Assembly: GCA_965249275.1 (NCBI GenBank)
Contig: CBDFLQ010000007.1
Span: 32,001 to 96,000 of the forward strand
Direction of reading: 5' to 3'
Length of the DNA stretch: 64,000 nt
Source: Dehalococcoidia bacterium
GTDB taxonomy: Bacteria > Chloroflexota > Dehalococcoidia > Plut-88900
Numbering within the stretch: the stretch's first letter is position 1; each line of letters begins with the position of its first letter. The position numbers and the translations under genes were made by a program. Positions 38,430-46,792 of this stretch are shown here, piece after piece. The notes beneath the pieces were generated by a model that did no database searches, was not told where the DNA came from, and saw only the letters and a program-made list of their open reading frames with translations.

Positions 38430-38705
38430 ATGCCGAGGATACAACTGATACTCTCGGACGAAGAGCGAGAGTTGTTTAAGGCCCAAGCACATCGAGAGGG
38501 CAAATCCCTTGATGAATGGCTGAAGGTTGCCGCTCTCCAGCGTCTGGGGTGGGCACCCCCTGTAGCCAAGTCTGGCAAAATTGAAGACCTTGATGCGTTC
38601 TTCCGTAAGTGCGATGCGATTCCAGGACCCGAGCGTGAGCCCGACTGGGAAGAGTACAAGAAGCTGATTAATGAGGTGCGCCCGTCAGTAGCGGATGCCT
38701 CGTGA
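38430..38705 (+). CDS. Antitoxin (RHH-like)
   Basis: MPRIQLILSDEE..AHREGKSLDEWL; GTGA overlap with the PIN gene; TATAAT and GGGAGG upstream. Confidence 0.78.
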   Translation: MPRIQLILSDEERELFKAQAHREGKSLDEWLKVAALQRLGWAPPVAKSGKIEDLDAFFRKCDAIPGPEREPDWEEYKKLINEVRPSVADAS

Positions 38706-39085
38706 TTTTCGTCGACACCAACGTCTTCATTTATGCTGTGGGCAGCAGTCATCCGTTGAAGAGTCCGGCGGAGGAGTTTTTCCGTAGTGCTCGGGACAGC
38801 GGCACGTCCCTAGTTACCTCTGCGGAAGTGCTCCAAGAGTTGCTCCACGTCTATCGACGCACTGGTAGACTTCAACAATTGGATGATGCGATGTTACTGG
38901 TCACAAGTGACATCGTACAAGCGTGGCCTTTGGAGTGGGCGGATGTGGACAAAGCCCGACAACTTCACGATAGCCATCCTGAACTGGAGGCCCGAGACCT
39001 CTGCTATCTCGCAAGCTGCCAAAGGCGTGGCATATCGACGATCATGACTTTCGACCAGCCTTTGCTGGCGGCGGCTAGCGCCTAA
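38702..39085 (+). CDS. vapC: PIN-domain toxin
   Basis: IFVDTNVFIYA, TSAEVLQE, ARDL and MTFD. Confidence 0.9.
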   Translation: MIFVDTNVFIYAVGSSHPLKSPAEEFFRSARDSGTSLVTSAEVLQELLHVYRRTGRLQQLDDAMLLVTSDIVQAWPLEWADVDKARQLHDSHPELEARDLCYLASCQRRGISTIMTFDQPLLAAASA

Positions 39086-39147
39086 ATATGCTAATCTGCG
39101 TCCAATAGCGCCACCTTGTTCTCCAACGCTCATTAAGGCTAACGCGA

Positions 39148-40263
39148 ATGGACGACGTCGAGACCCTGGCCCGTAAGCTGATCGCAATCGATTCCCAGAG
39201 CCACGTCAGCAACGCACCCCTGGCCGAGTTCGTCTCCGATATTCTCGCCCCCTTCGCTGAGGAAATTGAGCGAATCGAGTACACGGACCCCGGTGGCCGT
39301 CATAAGGTCTCGCTTGTAGCGCGGGTAGGCAAGGGGAGCGGAGGCTTGGCCCTCTCCGGGCACATGGACACGGTGCCAGGTCTGGGCTGGGATGCCGATC
39401 CCTTCGAGGCGAGAGTTGAAGACGGGAGAATGTACGGGCTGGGAGCGGTGGACATGAAGGGTGCTATTGCCGCGACACTCGTGGCCGCCGAGACTTACGC
39501 CCGCCTTAGGACACAGGTGCCGCTGACCCTCATCTACACTACCGACGAGGAAACCGACACCCAAGGCGCTCGCAGCATAGTCGATGAATCGGAAATCCTA
39601 CGGTATGTCGCGCCTCGGTACTGCATAGTAGCCGAGCCTACAAATCTGCAAGTGGTCAACGCTCACAAGGCGGCTATCACATTCAGCGCTACGGCTCGGG
39701 GCAGGGCGGCCCACAGCTCCAGTGGTAAGGGACTGAATGCCAACATAGCCATGATCCCATTCATCCACGAGATGGGCCGACTCTACGCCGAATTGGTGGA
39801 AGACGAGGCCTACTGGGACCCGAGCTTCGAGCCGCCTTTCCCGGACTGGAATATCACCATCGACAACCATGGAACGGCGGCCAACGTTACCGTTCCACTC
39901 AGTACCTGCCGGGTGAACTTCCGCTATACACCCACCCTGGACCCGGGCCCCGTACTGGCCAGGGTGCAGGAGTCGGCGGATAGGGCGGGGCTGGAATTGG
40001 AATCGTGGAGCAGCGGCCCGCCCCTCTATATTGCGCCCGACTCTGAATTGGTCCAGCTGGCACTGGAAATTACCAGCCAGCAGGCTCCAATTTCGGTCCC
40101 GTACCGCACCGACGCCTGCATCCTTAGCGAGGCTGTTCCGTGCATAGTGGTCGGGCCGGGAGACCTGAGGCAGGCCCACACCGTTAACGAATGGGTCAGC
40201 GTGGAGCAGCTTCACCAGAGCGTCGACCTATACTTGAAGTTCATACAGGCCGTCTGCAGTTAG
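39148..40263 (+). CDS. argE: M20 metallopeptidase, acetylornithine deacetylase-like
   Basis: SGHMDTVP, GAVDMKG, TDEE, VAEPT, AAHSS and AHTVNE. Confidence 0.8.
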   Translation: MDDVETLARKLIAIDSQSHVSNAPLAEFVSDILAPFAEEIERIEYTDPGGRHKVSLVARVGKGSGGLALSGHMDTVPGLGWDADPFEARVEDGRMYGLGAVDMKGAIAATLVAAETYARLRTQVPLTLIYTTDEETDTQGARSIVDESEILRYVAPRYCIVAEPTNLQVVNAHKAAITFSATARGRAAHSSSGKGLNANIAMIPFIHEMGRLYAELVEDEAYWDPSFEPPFPDWNITIDNHGTAANVTVPLSTCRVNFRYTPTLDPGPVLARVQESADRAGLELESWSSGPPLYIAPDSELVQLALEITSQQAPISVPYRTDACILSEAVPCIVVGPGDLRQAHTVNEWVSVEQLHQSVDLYLKFIQAVCS

Positions 40264-40292
40264 TCCAGGCCTGAGACTTAAGGAGGCCCACA

Positions 40293-41396
40293 GTGTGCGC
40301 GATGCGATACCCGACCTGGGAAGAGTTCATGGGCGATTGGGAGGAGTTCATCAAGGGCAGTTTCGGGGACAGGCCTATGTTCCCCACCCTCGCCCCCGAG
40401 ACTCCCACCTTCATGGGCCTGCCAGAGGCCAAGACGCCGGAAGACCTGAAGGGCGTTGACGCGGCGATAATCGGCGCGCCCTACGTGGCCACAACCCACG
40501 AGACCTATGCGGGAGTTGACCGAAACGAGTGGCTTTCGGCGCCGAAGAGGGTCAGGCAGCAGTCGGCGCGCTACCAGTCGGGGTACATTCAGGAGTTCCG
40601 GATGGACGTTTTTGATCACCTGAAGGTCGTCGACTACGGTGACGCTCCCATACCAGCCGAGGTTATGAGAGACCAGTCCCCCGAAAACATACTGAAGGCC
40701 CAGGCCGCCGTAGAGATGAAGGTAGGACAGGTGCTGGATGCCGGGGCCATTCCGGTGGTTATCGGGCAGAACTCTCCGTGCGGGTCCTATGCCATCGCAA
40801 AGCCGATAGCCGAGCGTACCGACGGCTCCGTGGGCTGTGTCAGCCTAGACACACACTGGGACATCCAACCGATAGACTTCCTGTCCCAGGACCCGAGAAT
40901 CGCCGGCTCGGCGAGCTGGAAGCACAAGATGTACGAGTTTCACGAAAACATGCACCCCCAGCACCTGGTCGAGATTGGGGAACGGGGGATGCTGGAGAGA
41001 AAGGACCTGGTCGAATCGTATACCGACCGTGGGGCGCGGTTTATCTCCTCATGGGAGGTGCGGGACGAGCTCGGCATGAAGGGCGTTGCCCACGAACTGG
41101 ATCGGGCTTACAACGGCACGAAAGCCGTGTACGTCCACTTCGACATGGATGTGATGGGCGGGGCTGGCCCAGCGCCCGGAGACATCCTCGGCGAGGCAGT
41201 GGAGCCCATAGGCCTATCCGACTTCGAGATTATCAAGATAGCCCATGAGGTGGGGAAGCGGGGGGTGTCGGGATTCTCTTTCATCTGCATCCCGCCCGGG
41301 TCGGCAGTGGTCTATCGGGTGATTGTCTACGTCATCATGTACATGCTCGCCGGGGTAGCGATGGCCAAGAGGGACGGGACTTACCTACTTAAGTAA
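40293..41396 (+). CDS. Arginase/agmatinase (ureohydrolase) family protein with an atypical metal site
   Basis: PTFMGLP, VVDYGD, LDTHWD, EIGER and VHFDMD; the canonical GGDHS is replaced by GQNSPCGS. Confidence 0.82.
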   Translation: MCAMRYPTWEEFMGDWEEFIKGSFGDRPMFPTLAPETPTFMGLPEAKTPEDLKGVDAAIIGAPYVATTHETYAGVDRNEWLSAPKRVRQQSARYQSGYIQEFRMDVFDHLKVVDYGDAPIPAEVMRDQSPENILKAQAAVEMKVGQVLDAGAIPVVIGQNSPCGSYAIAKPIAERTDGSVGCVSLDTHWDIQPIDFLSQDPRIAGSASWKHKMYEFHENMHPQHLVEIGERGMLERKDLVESYTDRGARFISSWEVRDELGMKGVAHELDRAYNGTKAVYVHFDMDVMGGAGPAPGDILGEAVEPIGLSDFEIIKIAHEVGKRGVSGFSFICIPPGSAVVYRVIVYVIMYMLAGVAMAKRDGTYLLK

Positions 41397-41422
41397 GATT
41401 TAAAAAAGCCGCGCCCGGTCTC

Positions 41423-42238
41423 TCACCGACCCGGCGGCCGCTGATCGGCTGGCAGTTCGCTTCCGCCGGTCCCGTGGGTGAAATCTTCACCCCATTCGTA
41501 AGGCAGGTCCGTGATCTTGCCCGGCTCGTCGAGCGTGTCCAGAGTGCCGAGAGCATCCTTGATGATGTTCGTCTGGAGCTCTCTGTCGAACGGCTTGCCA
41601 CATTGATGTCCCAAAGGGAAGTTGACGAACACGGGCCGGGGTGGCTTCACCTGAGCCATCATGTCCCTGACCGAGCCTACGTACACGGTGCTGACGCCTA
41701 CCTCTTCAACTACCCTCGCTAGCAGTCCAACGGACTGGTGGTCCAGCGGTCAGGCAGGTACACAGAAGAGGACGTCAACCTTGGCCTCCTTGAGTTTTCT
41801 GGCGATCTCAGCCGCCAACTGTGTCTGGAGAGCTGTACGCTTGTACATTCTCCCCATACCGAGTCCGTAGTTGATTTCGGCCAGTTCCCCTATATAGCCC
41901 TCCTGCTCCAACTCCCGGAATCTGTCTAAAGGCAAGATGACGTTGGGGTCCCGGTCGGCGTCACGGTGGTCATAATAGTTGTAGTTGATTATCAGGTCTT
42001 TGGTCGGGGTGTCTTTGGAGATCTCCCGGTAGCTTAGCTCGCTTCTGGCCAAGGGGTCGAAAGGCTCCTGGTCCCTGCGGGACATCCCCGAGGAGCAGAG
42101 CAGTGCCACCTTCGCCTGGTCGAGCGGCTTCTCGAACGGGCTCCAGGTCGTGGTCTGGAACACTGACCACTTGTAGGGTGGAAACCCGTGGCCTTGATAA
42201 TAGGCGTTGAGGTTGGCTACGTAGTCTATGGGCTTCAT
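41423..42238 (-). CDS. Selenoprotein of the glycine/sarcosine/betaine/D-proline reductase B (GrdB/PrdB) family, 271 aa, Sec at TGA 41750-41752
   Basis: Track ORFs 41750-42238 and 41423-41686 share a frame and read VLFCVPA-U-PLDHQSVGLLARVVEEVGVSTV..KPPR..FPLGH. N-half has KVALLCSSG, DPNVILPLDRFREL and EGYIG. SECIS-like hairpin directly after UGA. Confidence 0.88.
41717..41748 (-). promoter_or_regulatory. Bacterial SECIS-like hairpin
   Basis: mRNA after UGA: C-CGCUGG-ACCAC-CAGUCC-GUU-GGACUG-CUAGCG, giving a 6-bp lower stem, 5-nt bulge, 6-bp upper stem and a G-led apical loop. Confidence 0.72.
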
Positions 42239-42363
42239 CCACGACCTCCTTGCTATAGGGGCAATCCCCGCTCCAGCCTTTGCAACCGTCTCAACTTCTC
42301 TGGGGCCACCTCATTCCGCCGGGACACTGTCTGAATCGCATTGGCTACCATTTATTTTCGGCG

Positions 42364-42392
42364 AGTGTAGCATTCGGAATACCCTACTTCAA
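42364..42392 (-). promoter_or_regulatory. Sigma70 promoter of the selenoprotein gene
   Basis: TTGAAG - 17 nt - TACACT with an extended TGn; AAGGAGG RBS before the ATG at 42238. Confidence 0.5.
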
Positions 42393-42404
42393 ACTGTCCG
42401 GGCG

Positions 42405-42539
42405 CGGTGGGTGTCGTGATTTTCCTTCATCTGCATCCCTGCGGGGTCGGCAGTCAAATATCATGTGATTGTCTACTTTGATATGTACCTACTCGCTGGT
42501 GTGGCGATGGCGGAGAGGGATGGGACTTACTTGCCGAAA
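42405..42539 (+). pseudogene. Degenerate duplicate of the 3' end of the ureohydrolase gene (41259-41393)
   Basis: RWVS*FSFICIPAGSAVKYHVIVYFDMYLLAGVAMAERDGTYLPK versus RGVSGFSFICIPPGSAVVYRVIVYVIMYMLAGVAMAKRDGTYLLK: 35/45 aa identical, no indels. Confidence 0.88.
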
Positions 42540-42555
42540 TATGGCGAAATAGTAG

Positions 42556-42594
42556 AGCAAAAGATTCGGGCGGTTGGCTTAGCCAACCGCCCGA
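42556..42594 (-). terminator. Intrinsic terminator of tmRNA
   Basis: 14-bp inverted repeat TCGGGCGGTTGGCT/AGCCAACCGCCCGA followed on the - strand by ATCTTTT. Confidence 0.8.
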
Positions 42595-42607
42595 TTGTCT
42601 TCTTACT

Positions 42608-42960
42608 TGGTGGAGACGGGGGAGGGTCGAACTCCCCGTCCAGAAGGTGGCCCCAGAGCGTCTACAGGCTTAGACGGCACTTAAATTTCGCCCGCCGTAT
42701 CGCAGCCGACGACGACAACGGAAGGCTAGCTGAATAGTCTTAACCTGTCCCTCACAGCATTAGGGCAGGAGCACCTCGATTTGCGTCGCCCTGAGACGGC
42801 CTTCGAGGAGAGGCCGAACAGGACGGGTTACCTAGTGTCTAGGCAGCCAGTGCGTACTGACGTTTGCCAGTTATGTTTTTGCCGCTGGTTTTACGAGTCC
42901 CACGGCGCCTCGGCCTGCAACCCTGGGTTACCGTGACTCCTGTCGAGCCCACGCGTCCCC
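42608..42960 (-). ncRNA. ssrA: tmRNA; tag peptide (A)GKRQYALAA
   Basis: 5' GGGGACG..CTCGAC and 3' GTTCGA T-arm with CGTCTCCACCA (G3.U alanine determinant). Resume context ATAACT-GGC; tag ORF 42839-42868; directly downstream of smpB. Confidence 0.96.
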
Positions 42961-43027
42961 AAGCTGTAGGACTCTATTTTAACATAACGTCTTGCTTGAG
43001 ATTCGGGACCCGAGACCCGAAGAGCGC

Positions 43028-43489
43028 CTAGCTGCGTCTTATGCCAGTTTCCTTGAGGACGGCCCGCTGCATCTGCCTATCGGCCTCCCGGCGTGCGATG
43101 GCCGCTCGCTTGTCATAAAGTTTGCGCCCACGCGCCACCCCGATCTCTATCTTCGCCTTATGGTTCTTGATGTAGAGCCTCAGCGGCACCAGCGTCAATC
43201 CCTTCTCCTGCACCTTGGATGAGAGGTAGTCGATCTGGCCGCGGTGCAACAGCACCTTTCTAGGACGCATGGGCTCGTGGTTCGATCGATTGCCGTTGGA
43301 GTAAGGCGAAATGTGGGCGCCGTGGAGCCAAAGCTCGTCGTCTTCCGGGCGTGCGAACGCATCCCGGATGTTGACCTTGCCGTCCCGGATGGACTTGATC
43401 TCTGTGCCCGTGAGCACGAGTCCTCCTTCGAACGACTCCAGGATGTCGTATTCAAACCGGGCTTTGCGGTTGACGCTGATGGTTTTCAT
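43028..43489 (-). CDS. smpB: SsrA-binding protein
   Basis: NRKARFEY, LTGTEIKSIR, GLTLVPLRLY and RGRKLYDKR. Confidence 0.98.
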   Translation of the reverse strand: MKTISVNRKARFEYDILESFEGGLVLTGTEIKSIRDGKVNIRDAFARPEDDELWLHGAHISPYSNGNRSNHEPMRPRKVLLHRGQIDYLSSKVQEKGLTLVPLRLYIKNHKAKIEIGVARGRKLYDKRAAIARREADRQMQRAVLKETGIRRS

Positions 43490-43503
43490 TAGAGGTGCAA
43501 GGG

Positions 43504-44967
43504 TTATCCCGATATCGAAAGCACGTGTTCGACGGCTGCTTCCAGCTGGACGTCCTTCTGGGCCGCGAGATCGGCCTCGGTGAAAGACACCAGGATGTCA
43601 GGTTCGATGCCGAACCCCTCGATTACGTCGCCGTCGGGGGTGAGCCAGCGGGCAAAGGTAACATTCAGCCCCGACCCGTCAGACAGGTTGTATAGGCGGG
43701 TGACGCTTCCCTTGCCGAAAGTGGGGAGCCCGATAAGCTGGGCCCGGCCCCGGTCCTGCAGTGCGCCCGCCAGCACCTCTGCGCCGCTGGCGCTGTGCGC
43801 GTCTACCAGGACGGCAAGGGGCACGTCCAGGGCTGCGCCGCCGCCGTCAGCATTCCAGTCAGTCTTGCTTCCATTACCTTCCATCTCGATTAGCACCAGG
43901 CCGCCGTCCAGGAAGAGATCGGCAACCTGGACCGTCTCCCGCAGCAGCCCCCCCGGGTTCTGACGCACGTCCAGGATGATTCCCTTAGCTCCTTGGGACA
44001 GAGCTTCTTCCAAGAACGCCTCTGTCTCACCGGGGGTGCGGCGGGTAAACAGGTGGATCCTGATTCGGTATATGTCGTCGTCCAGGGATTCCATACTGAC
44101 ACTGTCGATTGGAATATTTCCGCGCACTATGACCACTCGCTCAGGGTCATGGTCCAGAAGGTGCTGGATCAGGAGCTCGACAGGCGTGCCTTCCGGCCCC
44201 CGGATGCGCAGTATCGACTCCCGCAGGGTGATGGAGTTCGCCTCGGTTCCGTCGATCTCCAGAATGATGTCGCCGGCCAGGATTCCGGCGGCCTCGGCGG
44301 GGGAGTTTTCCATTGGGGATATGACTATTGGGTACCCCTCACTATTGGTGCCCACGTAGGCCCCTATCCCGTGGAACGAACCCTCCAGGTCCGACTGTTC
44401 CAACCTCAGGTCTTCCCGGGACAGGTAGGCTGTATACGGATCGGCCAGGGCCCCGACCATGCCACGGATGGCGGCGATGCTCAGGTCTTCCAGCCCCAAA
44501 GCGTTATCGGTGGGTTGAGTGTATGCGTATGCGAGGACTTCGTAGGCCTCCTCCAGCTCGTCTCCTCCCGGCACCGAGAAATAATTCTCCTCCAGTTCCA
44601 GGTCGTATTCCAGGGCCCGAGCCTCGGCTATGGAAAGGGACGTGTCTTCGGTAGCTTCCAGGATACCGAATATGGCCCCGTCGCTCAGCACGCGCGGGTC
44701 TATGTCGTCGATTTCCACGTACTCCCGCTGGACTATGCGCCAAGCCTCATAGAGGGTGCGGGCTTCGTCTGGCAGGCTTATGGTGAGCGGCTCCTCATTG
44801 GGTTCCGCAGTAGCCGTGGATTGGGGGATGGCATCGGAGGTGGACTCATTGGGGGTCGAGTCCACGGGCGTTATATCCCCGCCCCCCCGGCATGCGAACA
44901 CGAGGGCGATGACGGAGATGAGAAGGATGACTGTAGCGAGCCGTTTAGAAATCGGCAAAATACTCAA
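43504..44967 (-). CDS. S41A carboxyl-terminal processing protease (probable lipoprotein)
   Basis: Lipobox-like LVFAC, DPYTAY, PDZ GIGA, LDVRQNPGG, SASGAE and TFGKG. Confidence 0.92.
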   Translation of the reverse strand: MSILPISKRLATVILLISVIALVFACRGGGDITPVDSTPNESTSDAIPQSTATAEPNEEPLTISLPDEARTLYEAWRIVQREYVEIDDIDPRVLSDGAIFGILEATEDTSLSIAEARALEYDLELEENYFSVPGGDELEEAYEVLAYAYTQPTDNALGLEDLSIAAIRGMVGALADPYTAYLSREDLRLEQSDLEGSFHGIGAYVGTNSEGYPIVISPMENSPAEAAGILAGDIILEIDGTEANSITLRESILRIRGPEGTPVELLIQHLLDHDPERVVIVRGNIPIDSVSMESLDDDIYRIRIHLFTRRTPGETEAFLEEALSQGAKGIILDVRQNPGGLLRETVQVADLFLDGGLVLIEMEGNGSKTDWNADGGGAALDVPLAVLVDAHSASGAEVLAGALQDRGRAQLIGLPTFGKGSVTRLYNLSDGSGLNVTFARWLTPDGDVIEGFGIEPDILVSFTEADLAAQKDVQLEAAVEHVLSISG

Positions 44968-45063
44968 ACCTCAGCATTGGGGCGTAAACAATTACATCTG
45001 GGTCCAAAGCCTAAGGAAATTTTATCATAGCCATAGGGCGCCTCCAATTCGGAATCGGAGACG

Positions 45064-45093
45064 TTGACACATCGGAAGGCGTGTCCATAGAAT
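45064..45093 (+). promoter_or_regulatory. Sigma70 promoter
   Basis: TTGACA - 18 nt - TAGAAT upstream of the zinc-ribbon gene. Confidence 0.55.
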
Positions 45094-45143
45094 CGTAGTC
45101 CCCGCGCCCCGGAACCCGAGTTGATCCCATTAGTGAGGCTGGT

Positions 45144-45845
45144 ATGGCGGTCGGAAGGCAAATTTACGAACTGCATCAGCTGGACGCTTCAATCCTCGAT
45201 ACGGACGCCGCCCTGGCTCTCGTCAACCGCAAATTGACGGACGATTCAGAGCTCCGGAAAGCCGAGGCAGTCCTTAGTCGAGCCCAGGAAAAGCTCGCGG
45301 GTGTGGAACGGCGTCAGCGTGAAGCAGAGGCCCTAATCAGCGACATCCAGGCGCGCCTCGGCCCTCTGGAGAAAAAGACCTACGACGGCTCAGTTGGCAA
45401 TCCCCGCGAACTCCAGAGTATGCAGCGCGAGGTGGAAAACCTCAAGAAGCGCCTTTCCGATGCTGAGGACAGCTTTCTCACTATTCTTGACGAGCACGAT
45501 GCTGCATCAAAGGTTGCTGCTGAAAAAGAAGCCCAGCGTTCCGCCACCGAGAAAAAGAGGAAGACCGAGTTAAAAGACCTAGCCAACGAGAAGGACAAGC
45601 TTGAGTTCGATCTTCTGGAGCTTTCCGAAAAGCGTGACGGCAGGGCCTCTGCGTTGGACACGGACCCGAAGAGACTGTACGAAACTCTTCGACAATCGCT
45701 GGGAGGGTTGGCCTTAGCGACCATTGGGCGCGGAATGTGCAACATTTGCCGCATATCCTTGCCAATGAACGTGGTCCAAAAAGCGAAGGCCGGCAGAGAA
45801 CTGTCCCAATGCCCTACCTGCTCAAGGATCCTGTGGGTCGAGTAG
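45144..45845 (+). CDS. Coiled-coil protein with a C4 zinc ribbon (DUF164/CdsZ-like)
   Basis: LHQLD, long coiled coil, CNIC and CPTCSRIL; the usual neighbour of rnhA and rnpB. Confidence 0.88.
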   Translation: MAVGRQIYELHQLDASILDTDAALALVNRKLTDDSELRKAEAVLSRAQEKLAGVERRQREAEALISDIQARLGPLEKKTYDGSVGNPRELQSMQREVENLKKRLSDAEDSFLTILDEHDAASKVAAEKEAQRSATEKKRKTELKDLANEKDKLEFDLLELSEKRDGRASALDTDPKRLYETLRQSLGGLALATIGRGMCNICRISLPMNVVQKAKAGRELSQCPTCSRILWVE

Positions 45846-45894
45846 TTCACGTCCACCCCATTTCCCCCGGCCTCACTTTGAAAGGAGTGACGGC

Positions 45895-46299
45895 GTGATG
45901 AGCAAAACTATCATCCAGACTGACGGCGCTTCCCGCGGAAACCCGGGGCGCGCGTCCATCGGCGGCGTGATATGGGACTACGAAGGCCAGGTCATCGCCG
46001 AGGTCAGCAAGGCCATAGGCATCGCCACCAACAACGTGGCGGAGTACAGGGCACTGGTTGAGACACTGGCCAAGGCCCTGGAATTGGGTGTCGAGTTTGT
46101 CGACGTCCGTCTTGACTCAGAGCTGATAGTCAGGCAAGTCAACGGCAGTTACCGGACCAAGAAACCCAAGTTGAAAAAACTCCTCTCCCAGGTCCAGGGG
46201 CTACTGCAGTCATTCGATGGGTACGTGATCCGGCACGTGCCTCGATGGGACAACCGCCACGCCGACTCCCTCGCCAACCGAGCCCTGAACGCTCGCTGA
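45895..46299 (+). CDS. rnhA: Ribonuclease HI
   Basis: TDGASRGNPG, TNNVAEY, DSELIVRQ and HVPR..N..ADSLAN. Confidence 0.93.
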   Translation: MMSKTIIQTDGASRGNPGRASIGGVIWDYEGQVIAEVSKAIGIATNNVAEYRALVETLAKALELGVEFVDVRLDSELIVRQVNGSYRTKKPKLKKLLSQVQGLLQSFDGYVIRHVPRWDNRHADSLANRALNAR

Positions 46300-46342
46300 A
46301 TTTGACCTCCCCGTTAGGGTGGCATAGTCTTGAATGGGACTT

Positions 46343-46677
46343 GGAGACCGGGTGGCCGCCCGCCTCGGCGGGAGGAAAGTCCGAGCTCCACCGGGAAGGA
46401 TGCTGGGTAACTCCCAGGAGGGGAAACCCTACGGAAAGTGCCACAGAAACATACCGCCCGTCCATGGCGGGTAAGGGTGAAATGGCGAGGTAAGAGCTCA
46501 CCAGTAGCCGGGAGACCGGCTAGCTGGGCAAACCCCATCCGGAGCAAGGCCAAATAGGAGGACAATGGGACCCGGCCCGTCCTCGGGTTGGCTGCTTGAG
46601 CCCGGCGGTAACGCCGGGCCCAGATAGATGGCCACCGTCCGCCTCAGGCGGATACAGAACTCGGCTTATAGGTCTCC
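46343..46677 (+). ncRNA. rnpB: RNase P RNA (bacterial type A)
   Basis: GAGGAAAGTCCGAGCTCC, GGAAAGTGCCACAGAAA, GGGCAAACCCC..GGAGCAAG and ACAGAACTCGGCTTA; P1 GGAGACC/GGTCTCC; upstream TTGACC-17-TAGTCT promoter. Confidence 0.97.
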
Positions 46678-46688
46678 GCAGGTCTCGG

Positions 46689-46727
46689 TGGGGCGGCGAC
46701 GCGTGCGTCGCCGCCCCATTCTTTCTT
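46689..46727 (+). terminator. Intrinsic terminator of rnpB
   Basis: TGGGGCGGCGACGC/GCGTCGCCGCCCCA inverted repeat followed by TTCTTTCTT. Confidence 0.8.
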
Positions 46728-46792
46728 GAAGGCACGGCACGTCGACATATATACTGGGCTATCGCCCTCGTTTAGCCTTGCCGGAGGTACCT

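Noticed and set aside
42540-42620. Integrative element at the tmRNA 3' end (also considered at tRNA-Pro)
   Set aside because: No integrase, and I did not spot a duplicated tmRNA or tRNA 3' fragment; an exact-match search would be needed to exclude it fully.
42465-42737. 90-aa ORF similar to the ureohydrolase C-terminus
   Set aside because: It is the degenerate duplicate running into the tmRNA terminator and antisense tmRNA, not a gene.
46139-46735. Several short ORFs on both strands
   Set aside because: They overlap rnhA and the RNase P RNA gene.
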